Part shown: positions 54,301-63,041 of the stretch, piece after piece | Position numbering within the stretch: the first letter of the stretch is position 1 | Layout of the letters: the number at the start of each line of letters is the position of its first letter | DNA from: Candidatus Poribacteria bacterium | GTDB lineage: Bacteria; Abyssobacteria; SURF-5 | Assembly (NCBI GenBank): GCA_016215705.1 | Contig: JACRIR010000135.1 | Coordinates: 3,733 to 67,732 of the forward strand | Reading direction: 5' to 3' | Length of the DNA: 64,000 bases | Made by a program: the position numbers and the translations under genes | Notes under the pieces: model-generated | The model's database searches: none | The model's input: the letters and a program-made list of their open reading frames with translations, nothing else | Told to the model about the DNA's origin: nothing

Positions 54301-54984
54301 CAGGCGGCCGCCGATGAGGCGCAGCGGCTGAGGAGTAAGATCGAATCGATCGGCCCCGTGAATCTTATCGCAATCGAAGAGTTTGAAGAACTCCAGCAAC
54401 GCTACAACTTCCTCATTCAGCAGGAGGCCGACCTCAGAAAAGCAAAAGAGGCGCTTCTCGGGATCATCAAAAAGATAAACGAAACCACGCAGACGATGTT
54501 CATGGAAACCTTCGAGCAGATTCATGGCCATTTCCATGAGATATTCAGGAATCTTTTCGGCGGCGGGCGCGCCACTGTGCAGCTCATCGATCCGTTGAAC
54601 CCGCTTGAGAGCGGCATCGAGATCAGCGTGCATCCGCCCGGCAAGAAAGCGCAAAGCATCTCCCTGCTCTCCGGTGGAGAGAAGGCGCTCACTGCGATTG
54701 CGCTCCTGTTCGCGATTTTCAAATCGAGGCCGAGCCCCTTCTGCGTGCTCGACGAGGTGGACGCGGCCCTCGACGACAGTAACATCCTCCGGTTCACCCG
54801 CCTCGTCAAGATGTTCTCGAGCGACGTCCAGTTCATCGTCGTTACGCACAACAAGCGCACTATGGAACTGGCCGATGTGCTTTACGGCGTCACGATGGAA
54901 GAGCGCGGCGTGAGCCAGATTGTATCGGTCAAATTCAAGAAGACGAGCGCATTCGAGTTTCTTGAGCCTAGCGTCGCTTCTTGA
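51388..54984 (+). CDS. smc: chromosome segregation protein SMC
   Basis: 1198 aa with Walker A GPNGCGKSN, long coiled coils, a hinge, the signature LSGGEKALTAIALLFA and Walker B FCVLDEVDAALD. Confidence 0.95.
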   Translation: MYLKELELCGFKSFAHKTTLNLEKGISGVVGPNGCGKSNIGDAIRWVLGEQKMRVLRGQHMEDVIFSGSEDRHPLGMAEVSLVLDNSSGRLPLEYSEVSITRRLFRSGESEYYLNKLPCRRKDVVELLMGTGIGVDSYSLIEQGRIDLILSSKPEERRYIFEDAAGIMKYKTRKDAALRKMERADTNLLRLQDTIIEVRRRITSLKRQANAAQRYRQFRDDLRGLELRLALLKYRELDEEHNVLAARAKQLGDQLAEITARQSGEESDLEKDRMGMLELEKALSQARGHSRDLQSQIEKTESQIALLRERISAIDAREKRDIADIEELDRSLETQTHDRASTEEKEREATGRVSEAQRGLDEKEAQMAGLLQQLAAGEKAIEELRSLQLEKLNRKINLQNEINATETNIQSLSKRMAKLSERKVQVEQSVSQQENRLSETRFMIESLRAALASLGSELTSLNGTVAARHSELEMSVTRRDTARDSLASARSKLSSLEELRDKFEGYEDGVRAIMLAKQHGDARAIGVLGPLADLVRANKEHEAALEAALGQRLQNIVVEDLDAARLCVQLLESSHAGRASLIPLGSFPTNGHTAEPLSLFEAAGTRAIDLAHCDERIRPVIEKLLGSTFVVESLDAALALAPSLDPRRDLVTLRGEAISSVGIITAGDTGKGRGLLGRKNEIEELRDSIGKNTAVVETENAKIASLKNDIEQCHGLIQKLRTSVGSHEVELAKAERDQQQLSAGKQRDEQECDVLEQERLLTAHESQELAKQQQYLMLRIEQARIVEAETQEELKGAGVALGEFRNRKDVLAAEIADFKVNLSSLQLTCQTFKREIHRLEADMLETARRISEKRNDVAEGARTRAAFANEIEDSRSAIQRIFEQKRTLDADIEKTDEQRRELFDRMKALDDSLKKTRALAHDVGAQHHQTEIALAQNEEKISFLKEKTIADYRLSMSEIAQEITVEENFDPQAAADEAQRLRSKIESIGPVNLIAIEEFEELQQRYNFLIQQEADLRKAKEALLGIIKKINETTQTMFMETFEQIHGHFHEIFRNLFGGGRATVQLIDPLNPLESGIEISVHPPGKKAQSISLLSGGEKALTAIALLFAIFKSRPSPFCVLDEVDAALDDSNILRFTRLVKMFSSDVQFIVVTHNKRTMELADVLYGVTMEERGVSQIVSVKFKKTSAFEFLEPSVAS

Positions 54985-55048
54985 GTCCGGCATCGCTTAG
55001 TGCTATACTGTTGTCCGCATGAATCTGTCCGGCGATTGACTTTTTCCA

Positions 55049-55070
55049 GGGGCGCAGCATGCTGCGCCCC
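55049..55070. repeat. family-3-like perfect palindrome
   Basis: GGGGCGCAGCATGCTGCGCCCC in the smc-ftsY spacer. Related hairpins are GGGGCGACTCGGCGAGTCGCCCC at 58673-58695 and GGGCGATTCGCGAACCGCCC at 33417-33436. Confidence 0.8.
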
Positions 55071-55211
55071 TCGTGTTTACTCTCATTCCCACGGCTCATC
55101 GTAATTCCCGTGAAAGCGGGAATCTCTTCTCGTCGCGCATGGCGGTCCCGGCCGAGCGCCCGCTCCCGAGGGAATGACAACCCGCACATGAACAGAAAGG
55201 ACTGACAAGCA

Positions 55212-56147
55212 GTGGGGGAGAAGAACCGATTTGGCATCATTGCAAGACTGAGAAGCCAACTGAGCAAGGCGAGGGAAGGCTTCGCCGCGAAGGTTCGCAG
55301 TCTGCTTCGCAGGGGCAAAATAGATGAAGGTATTTTTGAAGAGCTTGAGGCTGCGCTTATTCAGGCCGATATGGGCGTCAATACCACTTCCGAGCTTGTC
55401 GAGAAAATGCGCAATCGCGCGAAAGATGACAAGCTTACTGACGCCGAGCAACTCTACTCAGTGCTCGAAGAAGAGCTCATCTCACTCCTTTCGCGTCCGG
55501 CCGGTGTCGAGCCTAAACCGGTTCAGCCCGTTGGTCCGCGGGTGACGTTGATGATAGGCGTCAACGGCGTCGGCAAGACCACCACTATCGGCAAACTCGC
55601 AAACATGCATCGTCAGGACGAAAAGAAAGTGCTGATCGCCGCGGCTGACACCTTCCGGGCCGCCGCCATTGAGCAACTGGAGATATGGGCCAACCGCTCG
55701 AGCGCAGACCTGGTAAAACATAAGTCAGGCGCAGACCCGGCCGCTGTCGCCTATGACGCGCTCGCAGCCGCCATTGCAAGAAAATGCGATTATCTGATTA
55801 TTGATACGGCCGGAAGACTTCATACCAAGACAAATCTAATGGAAGAACTCAAGAAGATAAAGCGCGTTCTGGGCAAGCTCGACCCCACTGCCCCTCACGA
55901 GATTCTCATGGTTCTCGACGCCACTACGGGGCAAAACGCGCTCTCTCAAGCGCGTCTTTTCACTGAGGCGCTCGGCATTACCGGCATTGTTCTGACAAAA
56001 CTCGATGGGACCGCCAAAGGCGGCATAGTCGTGGCCATTCAGCAGGAATTCGGAATACCGGTCAAATATATCGGCGTCGGCGAATCGCTCGACGACCTGA
56101 AACCCTTTCACCCCGACGAATTCGTGAAAGCCCTCTTCGAGGACTAG
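55212..56147 (+). CDS. ftsY: signal recognition particle receptor FtsY
   Basis: The NG domain carries GVNGVGKTTTIGKLA, DTAGRLH and TKLDGTAKGG. GTG start. There is no long acidic A-domain. Confidence 0.92.
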   Translation: MGEKNRFGIIARLRSQLSKAREGFAAKVRSLLRRGKIDEGIFEELEAALIQADMGVNTTSELVEKMRNRAKDDKLTDAEQLYSVLEEELISLLSRPAGVEPKPVQPVGPRVTLMIGVNGVGKTTTIGKLANMHRQDEKKVLIAAADTFRAAAIEQLEIWANRSSADLVKHKSGADPAAVAYDALAAAIARKCDYLIIDTAGRLHTKTNLMEELKKIKRVLGKLDPTAPHEILMVLDATTGQNALSQARLFTEALGITGIVLTKLDGTAKGGIVVAIQQEFGIPVKYIGVGESLDDLKPFHPDEFVKALFED

Positions 56148-56171
56148 AAACCTTTGCCCTTTCGCCTTTCT

Positions 56172-56459
56172 CTATCCTCCCGCTATGGCTGAAAGAACTG
56201 AAATCTCATCCCCGTCGTTCAGCTTTCGCTTCAAATCGTTGGGCAGGTCGAGACGATCTCCGTTCAGCAGAAAAGTGGCCTGCCCTCGCTTTACGACTGT
56301 GGTGAAGAATCTGCGACCAAGCGCCTTTCTCTTGTCAAGGCGAGTGAACACCGCTTGAGGGGTATCATCCTTTGTGAATGGTTCCTCAAAGGCGGTATTT
56401 AACGACTGTTCAACGAATGCGCCGATTATTCGTACACGTATCGACAATGCGATCACCAA
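56172..56459 (-). CDS. MoaD/ThiS-family ubiquitin-like sulfur-carrier protein
   Basis: 95 aa ending ...DGDEISVLSAIAGG (C-terminal Gly-Gly). It lies directly downstream of the AOR gene. The start codon is non-ATG (TTG/GTG). Confidence 0.65.
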   Translation of the reverse strand: MVIALSIRVRIIGAFVEQSLNTAFEEPFTKDDTPQAVFTRLDKRKALGRRFFTTVVKRGQATFLLNGDRLDLPNDLKRKLNDGDEISVLSAIAGG

Positions 56460-56512
56460 CTACGTACTTTGAGATTCTCTCCGCAATCGGGTAGGTGCAA
56501 ATTCATTCGCAC

Positions 56513-58504
56513 TTACTTCATATCCTTTACGACGTTATCCAGGCGGAGGGCCATGAGTCTTGCCTTGTCAGGCACGCCCGTTTCATAGTTCCACCCCATC
56601 TTGTCATAATATCGTTTGGCCGTCTTGTCAAGATCGAGTGTGATGCCTGCAAGCGGTCCCTTACCAAGGGCAGGATGCCCGGATGCCCTGTTTCGGATAC
56701 GGGTATCGGCCGGTTTGATTCCTTCCCGGACATTAAAGCAATGTCTTAAGGTAAGTATCCTTTCTCCAATGTCGAGAAAGTCTTGTGTATTCAGTTTCCA
56801 TCCGGTTGCCAGATTGATCCACTCGAAAAGCGGGTACTCTCCGACCATTAGGCCGAACATGCAAATGCCCGCACTGTTCCCTACTTGAACGTATTGACTG
56901 TTGATGGCCTGGTACTCACCCACCTTATCATAGTTGTACTTCGACGATTTCAAGGAGACCTGTTTGAACGGCTTGACTTGCTTGAATTTCTTGTGCAATT
57001 CCATGAGCATGACATAGGTGTCCGACGAAATCGTGTGGCGACCGGGGGTAGGCTCGACCTCGTATGCGGTCCCAAACGAAGGGTCAAAAAGCGGACTGTG
57101 CATGGGTAGTTCCTGTCCGCCTGCATGAACGGCAAATTTCTCCGAGCCCTTCCCGATCTTCTCGGCAGCCTTCTTGACCCCATCGGCCAGGACATCACCG
57201 AAACCGGACCGCGTAGCCAGCATTTCGGTCATTTTGACAATCGCGTCGGCGTTTCCCCATGTCAGCTTGATGCCGTCGGTGTCCTTGTCGGTGATGAGCC
57301 CGTTTTCGTAGCACTCGATTGCGAACGCGACCGACGCCCCGGCTGAGATCGTATCGAGTCCGGTCCGGTTGCAGATTTCGTTCGCGGCAATGATTGATTC
57401 TAGATCATCGTTCAGGCACATTGTCCCGAAGGCAGCGAGGGTCTCGTATTCGGGCTTGTGGCCGTTCTCCATTGCGTATTTGCCCTCTTTCACTTTCACA
57501 ATGCCGCCACAACCGAGCGGGCAAAAGGCGCAGAAGTATCGCTTCTCCTGATACTTGAGCACGTTCTCGCTGCTGATCTTGCTGGACTTGGAGTCGAGGG
57601 GAAAATCATGGTAACCGCTTCCGCCCCAGTTCTTCACAGGGGAATCACCCGATTCCGATGAGAAAGCGGTCAGCCCGGCGGTTCCGTACCGCAATATGAG
57701 TTCTTTATAGGTTGTAGGCGGTGTTGCGAAGAGGAAGGGAAAGAAGCTGCGAACCAGTTTGCCCATAAAGTTAAGGTTGTCCACCGATGCCTTATCTTTG
57801 AAAGGAGGCTTCTTCTTGAATTTCTCCAGATAGCTTTTTCGTATCTGCGAAAATGAATTAGAGTCTGCCAGCTCGGTCTTCTTATCGCCTAGCGCGGCGA
57901 TAGCCTTCAGCCTCTTCGATCCCATCACCGCGCCCAGACCCGACCGCCCCGCCGCTCTTCCTCCGTCCGTTATCACACCCGAGATTAGCGAGAGCTTTTC
58001 TCCGGCAGGTCCGATGCAGGCAACCTGGTATTTATTGTCTCCCAGTTTCTCGCGGATTATGGTTTCCGTCTCGACGCAGTCTTTTCCCCAGACGAACGAG
58101 GCGTCCATAAGTTGAGCCTTGTCCTGGTTAATGACGAGAACTACGGGTTTCTGCGAAATACCTTTCACGAAGACGGCGTCGTAGCCGGTTCGTTTAAGCA
58201 TCGGCGAGAAATATCCGCCTGAGTTCGCGTCCCCCCATGTTCCGGTGAGCGGCGATTTCCCTGCAACCATGTATCGCCCTGAAAACGGCGCGCCTGTGCC
58301 GGTCAGGAGACCGGTCGTAAAGCTGATAATGGCGTCGGGTCCGAGCGGGTCAATCTTCGCGGGCTGACGATCATATATAAGCTTTGCGGCGAGCCCGTAT
58401 CCGCCGAGAAAATCACGATAGATCTGTTCGTCGATTTTCTCGTCCCAAATTTTTCCCGTGCTCAGGTCGGCCCACAGCACCTTACCCATGAAGCCAAAAG
58501 GCAT
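56513..58504 (-). CDS. aldehyde:ferredoxin oxidoreductase (tungsto/molybdopterin AOR family)
   Basis: 663 aa with N-terminus GKVLWADLSTGKI, the [4Fe-4S] motif CAFCPLGC and AOR C-terminal domains. Confidence 0.92.
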   Translation of the reverse strand: MPFGFMGKVLWADLSTGKIWDEKIDEQIYRDFLGGYGLAAKLIYDRQPAKIDPLGPDAIISFTTGLLTGTGAPFSGRYMVAGKSPLTGTWGDANSGGYFSPMLKRTGYDAVFVKGISQKPVVLVINQDKAQLMDASFVWGKDCVETETIIREKLGDNKYQVACIGPAGEKLSLISGVITDGGRAAGRSGLGAVMGSKRLKAIAALGDKKTELADSNSFSQIRKSYLEKFKKKPPFKDKASVDNLNFMGKLVRSFFPFLFATPPTTYKELILRYGTAGLTAFSSESGDSPVKNWGGSGYHDFPLDSKSSKISSENVLKYQEKRYFCAFCPLGCGGIVKVKEGKYAMENGHKPEYETLAAFGTMCLNDDLESIIAANEICNRTGLDTISAGASVAFAIECYENGLITDKDTDGIKLTWGNADAIVKMTEMLATRSGFGDVLADGVKKAAEKIGKGSEKFAVHAGGQELPMHSPLFDPSFGTAYEVEPTPGRHTISSDTYVMLMELHKKFKQVKPFKQVSLKSSKYNYDKVGEYQAINSQYVQVGNSAGICMFGLMVGEYPLFEWINLATGWKLNTQDFLDIGERILTLRHCFNVREGIKPADTRIRNRASGHPALGKGPLAGITLDLDKTAKRYYDKMGWNYETGVPDKARLMALRLDNVVKDMK

Positions 58505-58764
58505 AGGCGACTCCTTTCAATGCTTTAGCCGGATTCCCGCCTTGCTCCACGTACATCTTACAGAGCAATCCCGCCTCCGTCAAGGGGGTCTTCGCGTCGA
58601 TCAGATTGACGTGAAGCGCAATTCACCTTTCACAATTATCATGAATGCGGCGCCTTATTTGTTTGCCTCGTAGGGGCGACTCGGCGAGTCGCCCCCATGG
58701 ATATTGTGTCTTAATATTTGCGAAACTCCGTACGAGTAAGCCGCTAAGCGTCGTCCTCGCATGC

Positions 58765-59982
58765 TCAAATCTCCATTCTCTCCAGTTTCCTCTTAAGAAT
58801 CTGAAGGAACTTGGCCGCAGGCGCTCCATCCACAAGCCTGTGGTCGAAAGAGAGTGAAAGCTTCATGATCGGCGCGATTTCAATCTTATCGTTCTTGACC
58901 ACTGGTTTTTTCACGATCGAGCCGACTCCGATTATCGCGGCCTCGGGCAGATTGATTATAGGGGTAAAGCAATCAATATCGTATGTCCCGAGACTGGAAA
59001 CCGTGATGCTGCTGCCGGTGACATCGTCCACTTGCAGCTTGCCCGTCCGCGCTTTCTCGACGAGCGCATTGCAATCCTTCGCTATGGCCATTAGGTCTTT
59101 CTTGTCGGCGTCCTTCACGGAAACGGTTATGAGACCTTCATCGAGCGCTACGGCCAGGCCGATGTTGATGTCGGCGTGCTTGCGAATCGAATCGCCCTCG
59201 AGCGAAACATTGAGCGCCGGATACTCGCGCATCGAGGACGCGGTCGCCTTTATGAGAATCGTGTTATATGAGAGGTCAGGGCCGCCGTCGCGCTTGTATG
59301 CATCCCTGTTTTCCTCGCGGTACTTGACTGCCCCGGTCATGTCGACCTCGGCGATGTGAACTACGCGGGCGACCGTATGCGCGCTTCGGGCCATGTTGTC
59401 GGCTATCGAGCGTCGCATCTTGCCTATAGGAATAGTCTCGCCCGGCCTGCCCGCGACAGCGCCACTTGCGGCTGAGCCGCTCTTGGCCGCTTCGATTGCC
59501 GCGAGGACGTCTTCGCGGATAACTCTGCCTTCAGGCCCGGTTCCCTTGATGAGCGACAAATCAAGTCCGTGTTCTCTCGCCATGCGTCTCGCGGCCGGCG
59601 ACGCTTTAGCCTCGGCCTCTTCCCGGGTGGATTCCGGCTGAGGCGTCGCCTCTTTGAGCGCTTGTTTCTTTTCCCACTGCTCGCGCGTCAAGGCGACTGC
59701 CCTTGTCTCGGCGATTATCTTGTCGAGGCCGGGTATCTCTTCATTTGGTTCGGCGATAATGGCAATTGTCTTGCCGCATGGGATGACCTCGCCCTCGACG
59801 GCGATTATCTTGCGGATGACACCCGAGACGGTTGACTCTATGAGAGTGGTCACCTTATCCGATTCGATTTCGAGGAGTTCCTCGCCCACCTCGACTCGCT
59901 CGCCCTCTTCCTTGTGCCACAGCACGACGAGTCCTTCCCTCATCACAAGGCCCAATTTGGGCATCACAACTTTTGTAGCCAT
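58765..59982 (-). CDS. 2-oxoacid dehydrogenase E2 (dihydrolipoamide acyltransferase)
   Basis: Start at MATKVVMPKLG. Lipoyl motif LEIESDKVT, an E3/E1-binding segment (ASPAARRMAREHGLDL) and the catalytic SFDHRLVDGA are present. Confidence 0.9.
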   Translation of the reverse strand: MATKVVMPKLGLVMREGLVVLWHKEEGERVEVGEELLEIESDKVTTLIESTVSGVIRKIIAVEGEVIPCGKTIAIIAEPNEEIPGLDKIIAETRAVALTREQWEKKQALKEATPQPESTREEAEAKASPAARRMAREHGLDLSLIKGTGPEGRVIREDVLAAIEAAKSGSAASGAVAGRPGETIPIGKMRRSIADNMARSAHTVARVVHIAEVDMTGAVKYREENRDAYKRDGGPDLSYNTILIKATASSMREYPALNVSLEGDSIRKHADINIGLAVALDEGLITVSVKDADKKDLMAIAKDCNALVEKARTGKLQVDDVTGSSITVSSLGTYDIDCFTPIINLPEAAIIGVGSIVKKPVVKNDKIEIAPIMKLSLSFDHRLVDGAPAAKFLQILKRKLERMEI

Positions 59983-60014
59983 TTCTCTTTCCTCATAAGA
60001 AGGTGGCATTTGTT

Positions 60015-60057
60015 CCTTAATCGGGGACACCATGCCGCATGGTGTCCCCGATTAAGG
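60015..60057. repeat. family-1 palindrome
   Basis: Perfect 21-bp arms CCTTAATCGGGGACACCATGC around a central C, immediately upstream of the E2 gene. Confidence 0.9.
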
Positions 60058-60092
60058 ACTGTTTCTTATCTTTTCCACCTTCTGTCTTTTCA

Positions 60093-60110
60093 TTCCCGCG
60101 AAGGCGGGAA
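60093..60110. repeat. family-5 hairpin (TTCCCGC-GAAG-GCGGGAA)
   Basis: TTCCCGCGAAGGCGGGAA. A second copy, ATTCCCGTGAAAGCGGGAAT, is at 55103-55122. Confidence 0.8.
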
Positions 60111-60139
60111 GCCATTTCCCTCGCCAAAATGACATTGAT

Positions 60140-60166
60140 GTAGGGGCACGGCGTGCCGTGCCCCTA
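60140..60166. repeat. family-2 GTAG-type palindrome
   Basis: GTAGGGGCACGGCGTGCCGTGCCCCTAC. Confidence 0.9.
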
Positions 60167-60182
60167 CAAACAATTGTCGGAC

Positions 60183-60226
60183 AAATCCCCCCTTCCCCCT
60201 TTTATGAAAGGGGACGAGGAGGATTT
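60183..60226. repeat. family-4 C-tract/G-tract imperfect palindrome
   Basis: AAATCCCCCCTTCCCCCTTTTATGAAAGGGGACGAGGAGGATTT. Homologous copies are at 39196-39290 (1.5 copies) and, inverted, at 42294-42327. Confidence 0.8.
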
Positions 60227-60227
60227 T

Positions 60228-62249
60228 TCATTCTCCCATAGCATTCCGGATAGCGGCTTCCAGCTTGTCTTCATCCGGAATTACGCTCTGCTCGAGTGGC
60301 GGCGCGAACGGAACAGGCGTGTCGAGCGCGGCCACGCGCTCTATCGGCGCATCCAGATAATCAAACGCTTCCTTCGCCACTATTGCCGCAACCTCCGCGC
60401 CGAAGCCGCCCGTCAAGCATCCCTCTTCCGCAATAACGAGCCTGCCCGTCTTCTTGACCGAGTTGATGATGGTTTCTTTATCGAGCGGCGCGAGCGTGCG
60501 CGGGTCTATCACCTCGATCGAGATGCCGTCGTTCTGTAGTCTCTCGGCAACCCCGAGCGCCTTGGGCACCATGGCAAGCAGCGCCACAACTGTCACATCT
60601 TTTCCGGCCCGCTTGATGTCGGCCTTCCCGAATGGAATGGTATATTCCTCTTTGGGCACTTCTCCCGAGTTGAAGTACATTGTCTTGCTCTCGAAGAACA
60701 ACACGGGATTGTCCGAGCGGATGGCGGTCCTGAGCAGCCCCTTCGCATCGCGCGGCGTCGAGGGGACGGCTACGATCAAACCCGGAATGTGCATGAACAA
60801 TGCCTCGAGGCTCTGCGAATGCTGGGCAGCGGCCGAAAAGCCGGCGCCGACGTTGGTGCGTATCACGAGGGGGACCTTCACCTGCCCGGCCGTCATGAAC
60901 CTGAGCTTGGCGGCCTGGTTTATGATCGGGTCCATGCAGCACGTGAGGAAGTCGCCAAACTCAATTTCGGCCACGGGCCTTAAGCCTGTCATCGCTGCTC
61001 CGACGGCCGCTCCGGCTATGATATTCTCGCTGATGGGTGTATCGAGAACGCGGTTTTCTCCGAACTCCTGCGCCAGACCGGCGGTCGCCCCGAAGATTCC
61101 GGTTGCCACGTCTTCTCCGAGTACGACAACGCTCGGATCCCGGGCCATTTCCTCACGGAGAGTTTCCTGTATCGTCATAGCAAGAGTGTTCTCTTCGGTC
61201 TCGCCTTTCGGCAGCGGTTTATCAGGTTGGTTCTCGGTGACAAACACGTTATGGGTCACGGTTGATGGGTCGGGCGACGGGCTTTCTTCCGCGAAATTGA
61301 TTGCTTCTTTTATCGCGTTATCGACAGACTCCTCTATCGCATTGAGTTCTGCTTCCGTCGCGATGCCCTCGGCCACGAGCTTGGCCCGGAAATTCGATAT
61401 CGGACATTTCTGTTTCCACTGCTCGATCTCTTCCTCGTTACGATACGAGTACACGTCGCCCTCGTAATGTCCGTGCCAGCGGTAAGTCTTGCACTCGATC
61501 AGTGTAGGGCCTTTTCCGGCCCGTGCGCGCTCGACTGCTTTATCTGTCGCCGCTTTGACGGCCATCACGTCGTTTCCATCCACGATCACGCCGGGCATGC
61601 CATAGGCCTTCGCCTTCTCGGCTACGTCGGCCACCTTCGAGTGTTTCGCGTAAGGCGTGAACTGGCCGTAGAGATTGTTCTCACAGACGAAGACAACTGG
61701 CAGGTCCCACACCGAGGCAAGGTTCATGCTTTCGTGAAACATACCTTCGGTCGTAGCGTCGTCGCCAAAGAAGCAGACAACCACTTTGCCGTTGTTCAGC
61801 ACTTTTGAGCTCAGGCCCGCGCCCGCAGCAATCTGAGTGCCCGCGCCGACGATCCCGTTGGCCCCGAGGATTCCAAGTCCGACGTCCACGATGTGCATCG
61901 AGCCGCCACGCCCGCGACAATACCCCGTGTCTTTCCCGTAGAGTTCGGCCATCATCTTGTTGAGGTCGCCGCCCTTCGCGATGAGATGCCCGTGTCCGCG
62001 ATGGGTGCTCGTAATATAGTCATCCTGCCGCAGGCTGGCGCATGCGCCCACTGCGACTGCTTCCTGCCCCGTATATAGATGAACAAAACCGGGAATGCTT
62101 CCATTTGCGAATTGCACGGAAACTTCTTCCTCAAACTTCCGAAGTCTGAGCATCAGATCGTAGAGTTTCAAGAGTTCTTGTTTAGATGATGATGTCATTT
62201 GCTGCATACCTCCAAATCTGCCAACTGCCCGGTCGATTGTATTCGACAA
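60228..62249 (-). CDS. 2-oxoacid dehydrogenase E1 component, fused alpha and beta subunits
   Basis: 673 aa. The N-half is E1-alpha (TPP motif FFGDDATTEGMFHESMN). The C-half is E1-beta (VVVLGEDV..., transketolase-like Pyr and C domains). Confidence 0.9.
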   Translation of the reverse strand: MSNTIDRAVGRFGGMQQMTSSSKQELLKLYDLMLRLRKFEEEVSVQFANGSIPGFVHLYTGQEAVAVGACASLRQDDYITSTHRGHGHLIAKGGDLNKMMAELYGKDTGYCRGRGGSMHIVDVGLGILGANGIVGAGTQIAAGAGLSSKVLNNGKVVVCFFGDDATTEGMFHESMNLASVWDLPVVFVCENNLYGQFTPYAKHSKVADVAEKAKAYGMPGVIVDGNDVMAVKAATDKAVERARAGKGPTLIECKTYRWHGHYEGDVYSYRNEEEIEQWKQKCPISNFRAKLVAEGIATEAELNAIEESVDNAIKEAINFAEESPSPDPSTVTHNVFVTENQPDKPLPKGETEENTLAMTIQETLREEMARDPSVVVLGEDVATGIFGATAGLAQEFGENRVLDTPISENIIAGAAVGAAMTGLRPVAEIEFGDFLTCCMDPIINQAAKLRFMTAGQVKVPLVIRTNVGAGFSAAAQHSQSLEALFMHIPGLIVAVPSTPRDAKGLLRTAIRSDNPVLFFESKTMYFNSGEVPKEEYTIPFGKADIKRAGKDVTVVALLAMVPKALGVAERLQNDGISIEVIDPRTLAPLDKETIINSVKKTGRLVIAEEGCLTGGFGAEVAAIVAKEAFDYLDAPIERVAALDTPVPFAPPLEQSVIPDEDKLEAAIRNAMGE

Positions 62250-62301
62250 CCTGCCTCAGTCGGATGTGTTCGACAATGACGACTTTGATGCAGTATCACA
62301 T

Positions 62302-62329
62302 GTAGGGGCACGGCGCGCCGTGCCCCTAC
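62302..62329. repeat. family-2 GTAG-type palindrome
   Basis: GTAGGGGCACGGCGCGCCGTGCCCCTAC. A related long-loop hairpin GGGGCACAGG...CCTGTGCCCC lies at 15601-15641. Confidence 0.9.
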
Positions 62330-62377
62330 GATAAGATAAATGTCGCCCGACCTCGCGCGGATGAATCCTCGTTGAGG

Positions 62378-62806
62378 CTATTCGACTATCAGGTTCTCGT
62401 AACCTAGCTCCTTCAGCACTTGCTTATATATTGCGAATGTGGGGCGAATCGCAGTCACAAGGCCGAGAGCCTTCTGAACGGCGCCCGACGCCTTTATCTT
62501 CTTGGTTGCGAGCGCAGTGACCGCATTCTCTTTCCCCTGCCAGTAGCGATGGGTGAAGTCCGCCGACTGCGTCATCGTTACGTCGGCCGGCGTGCCCTTA
62601 TCGCCAAGTTCATAGTTGCCAAACTGCCCCGGCGGAGCTGGGTCCGCAAAGTTCAGAAGAATGCTCGCTTCCGGATCAGTATAGTTGAAGCGTATCTTGA
62701 TCTTGGCCTTCTGAAGTTTCGGCCCGACCTCCGGATGGGAAACCACGCGTTTCATGAATTCCCCAAAGATTTGATAAAACTGCTGGCTGTCCTTGAAGTA
62801 CCCCAT
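62378..62806 (-). CDS. SCP2 sterol-carrier-like domain protein
   Basis: 142 aa with an SCP2-like pattern (KIRFNYTDPEASILLNF...VTMTQSADFTHRYWQGKENAVTALATKKIKASG). Confidence 0.75.
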   Translation of the reverse strand: MGYFKDSQQFYQIFGEFMKRVVSHPEVGPKLQKAKIKIRFNYTDPEASILLNFADPAPPGQFGNYELGDKGTPADVTMTQSADFTHRYWQGKENAVTALATKKIKASGAVQKALGLVTAIRPTFAIYKQVLKELGYENLIVE

Positions 62807-62908
62807 TGTGCGCTCCTTTCATGTTTGATGGACACCGCCCCATCTCTAGTAAAAAGGGACGGCCAGCCCCCATGCAATCGAAATTATTTGCTGTCCCTAA
62901 GCAGGGAC

Positions 62909-63013
62909 GCGCTCATTCGGGGACACGATGCGGCATCGTGTCCCCGAATAAGCGCTATTTCGCATCATGCTCCCGAACAAGCGCCAAGCGGCATCGTATC
63001 CCCGATAAATGAT
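62909..63013. repeat. family-1 palindrome plus two degenerate right-arm copies at 29-nt period
   Basis: GCGCTCATTCGGGGACACGATGCGGCATCGTGTCCCCGAATAAGCGC, then GCATCATGCTCCCGAACAAGCGC and GCATCGTATCCCCGATAAATGAT. Arm starts are at 62933, 62962 and 62991. Confidence 0.85.
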
Positions 63014-63041
63014 ACCGCGCAAACAAGCGATCCGGCCAGCG

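Noticed and set aside
58505-58764. Possible Moco/Tuco riboswitch in the 260-nt leader of the AOR gene
   Set aside because: I see hairpins and a family-3-like palindrome, but I cannot reproduce the Moco motif's conserved core from memory on the correct (minus) strand. A covariance-model scan would be needed; not claimed.
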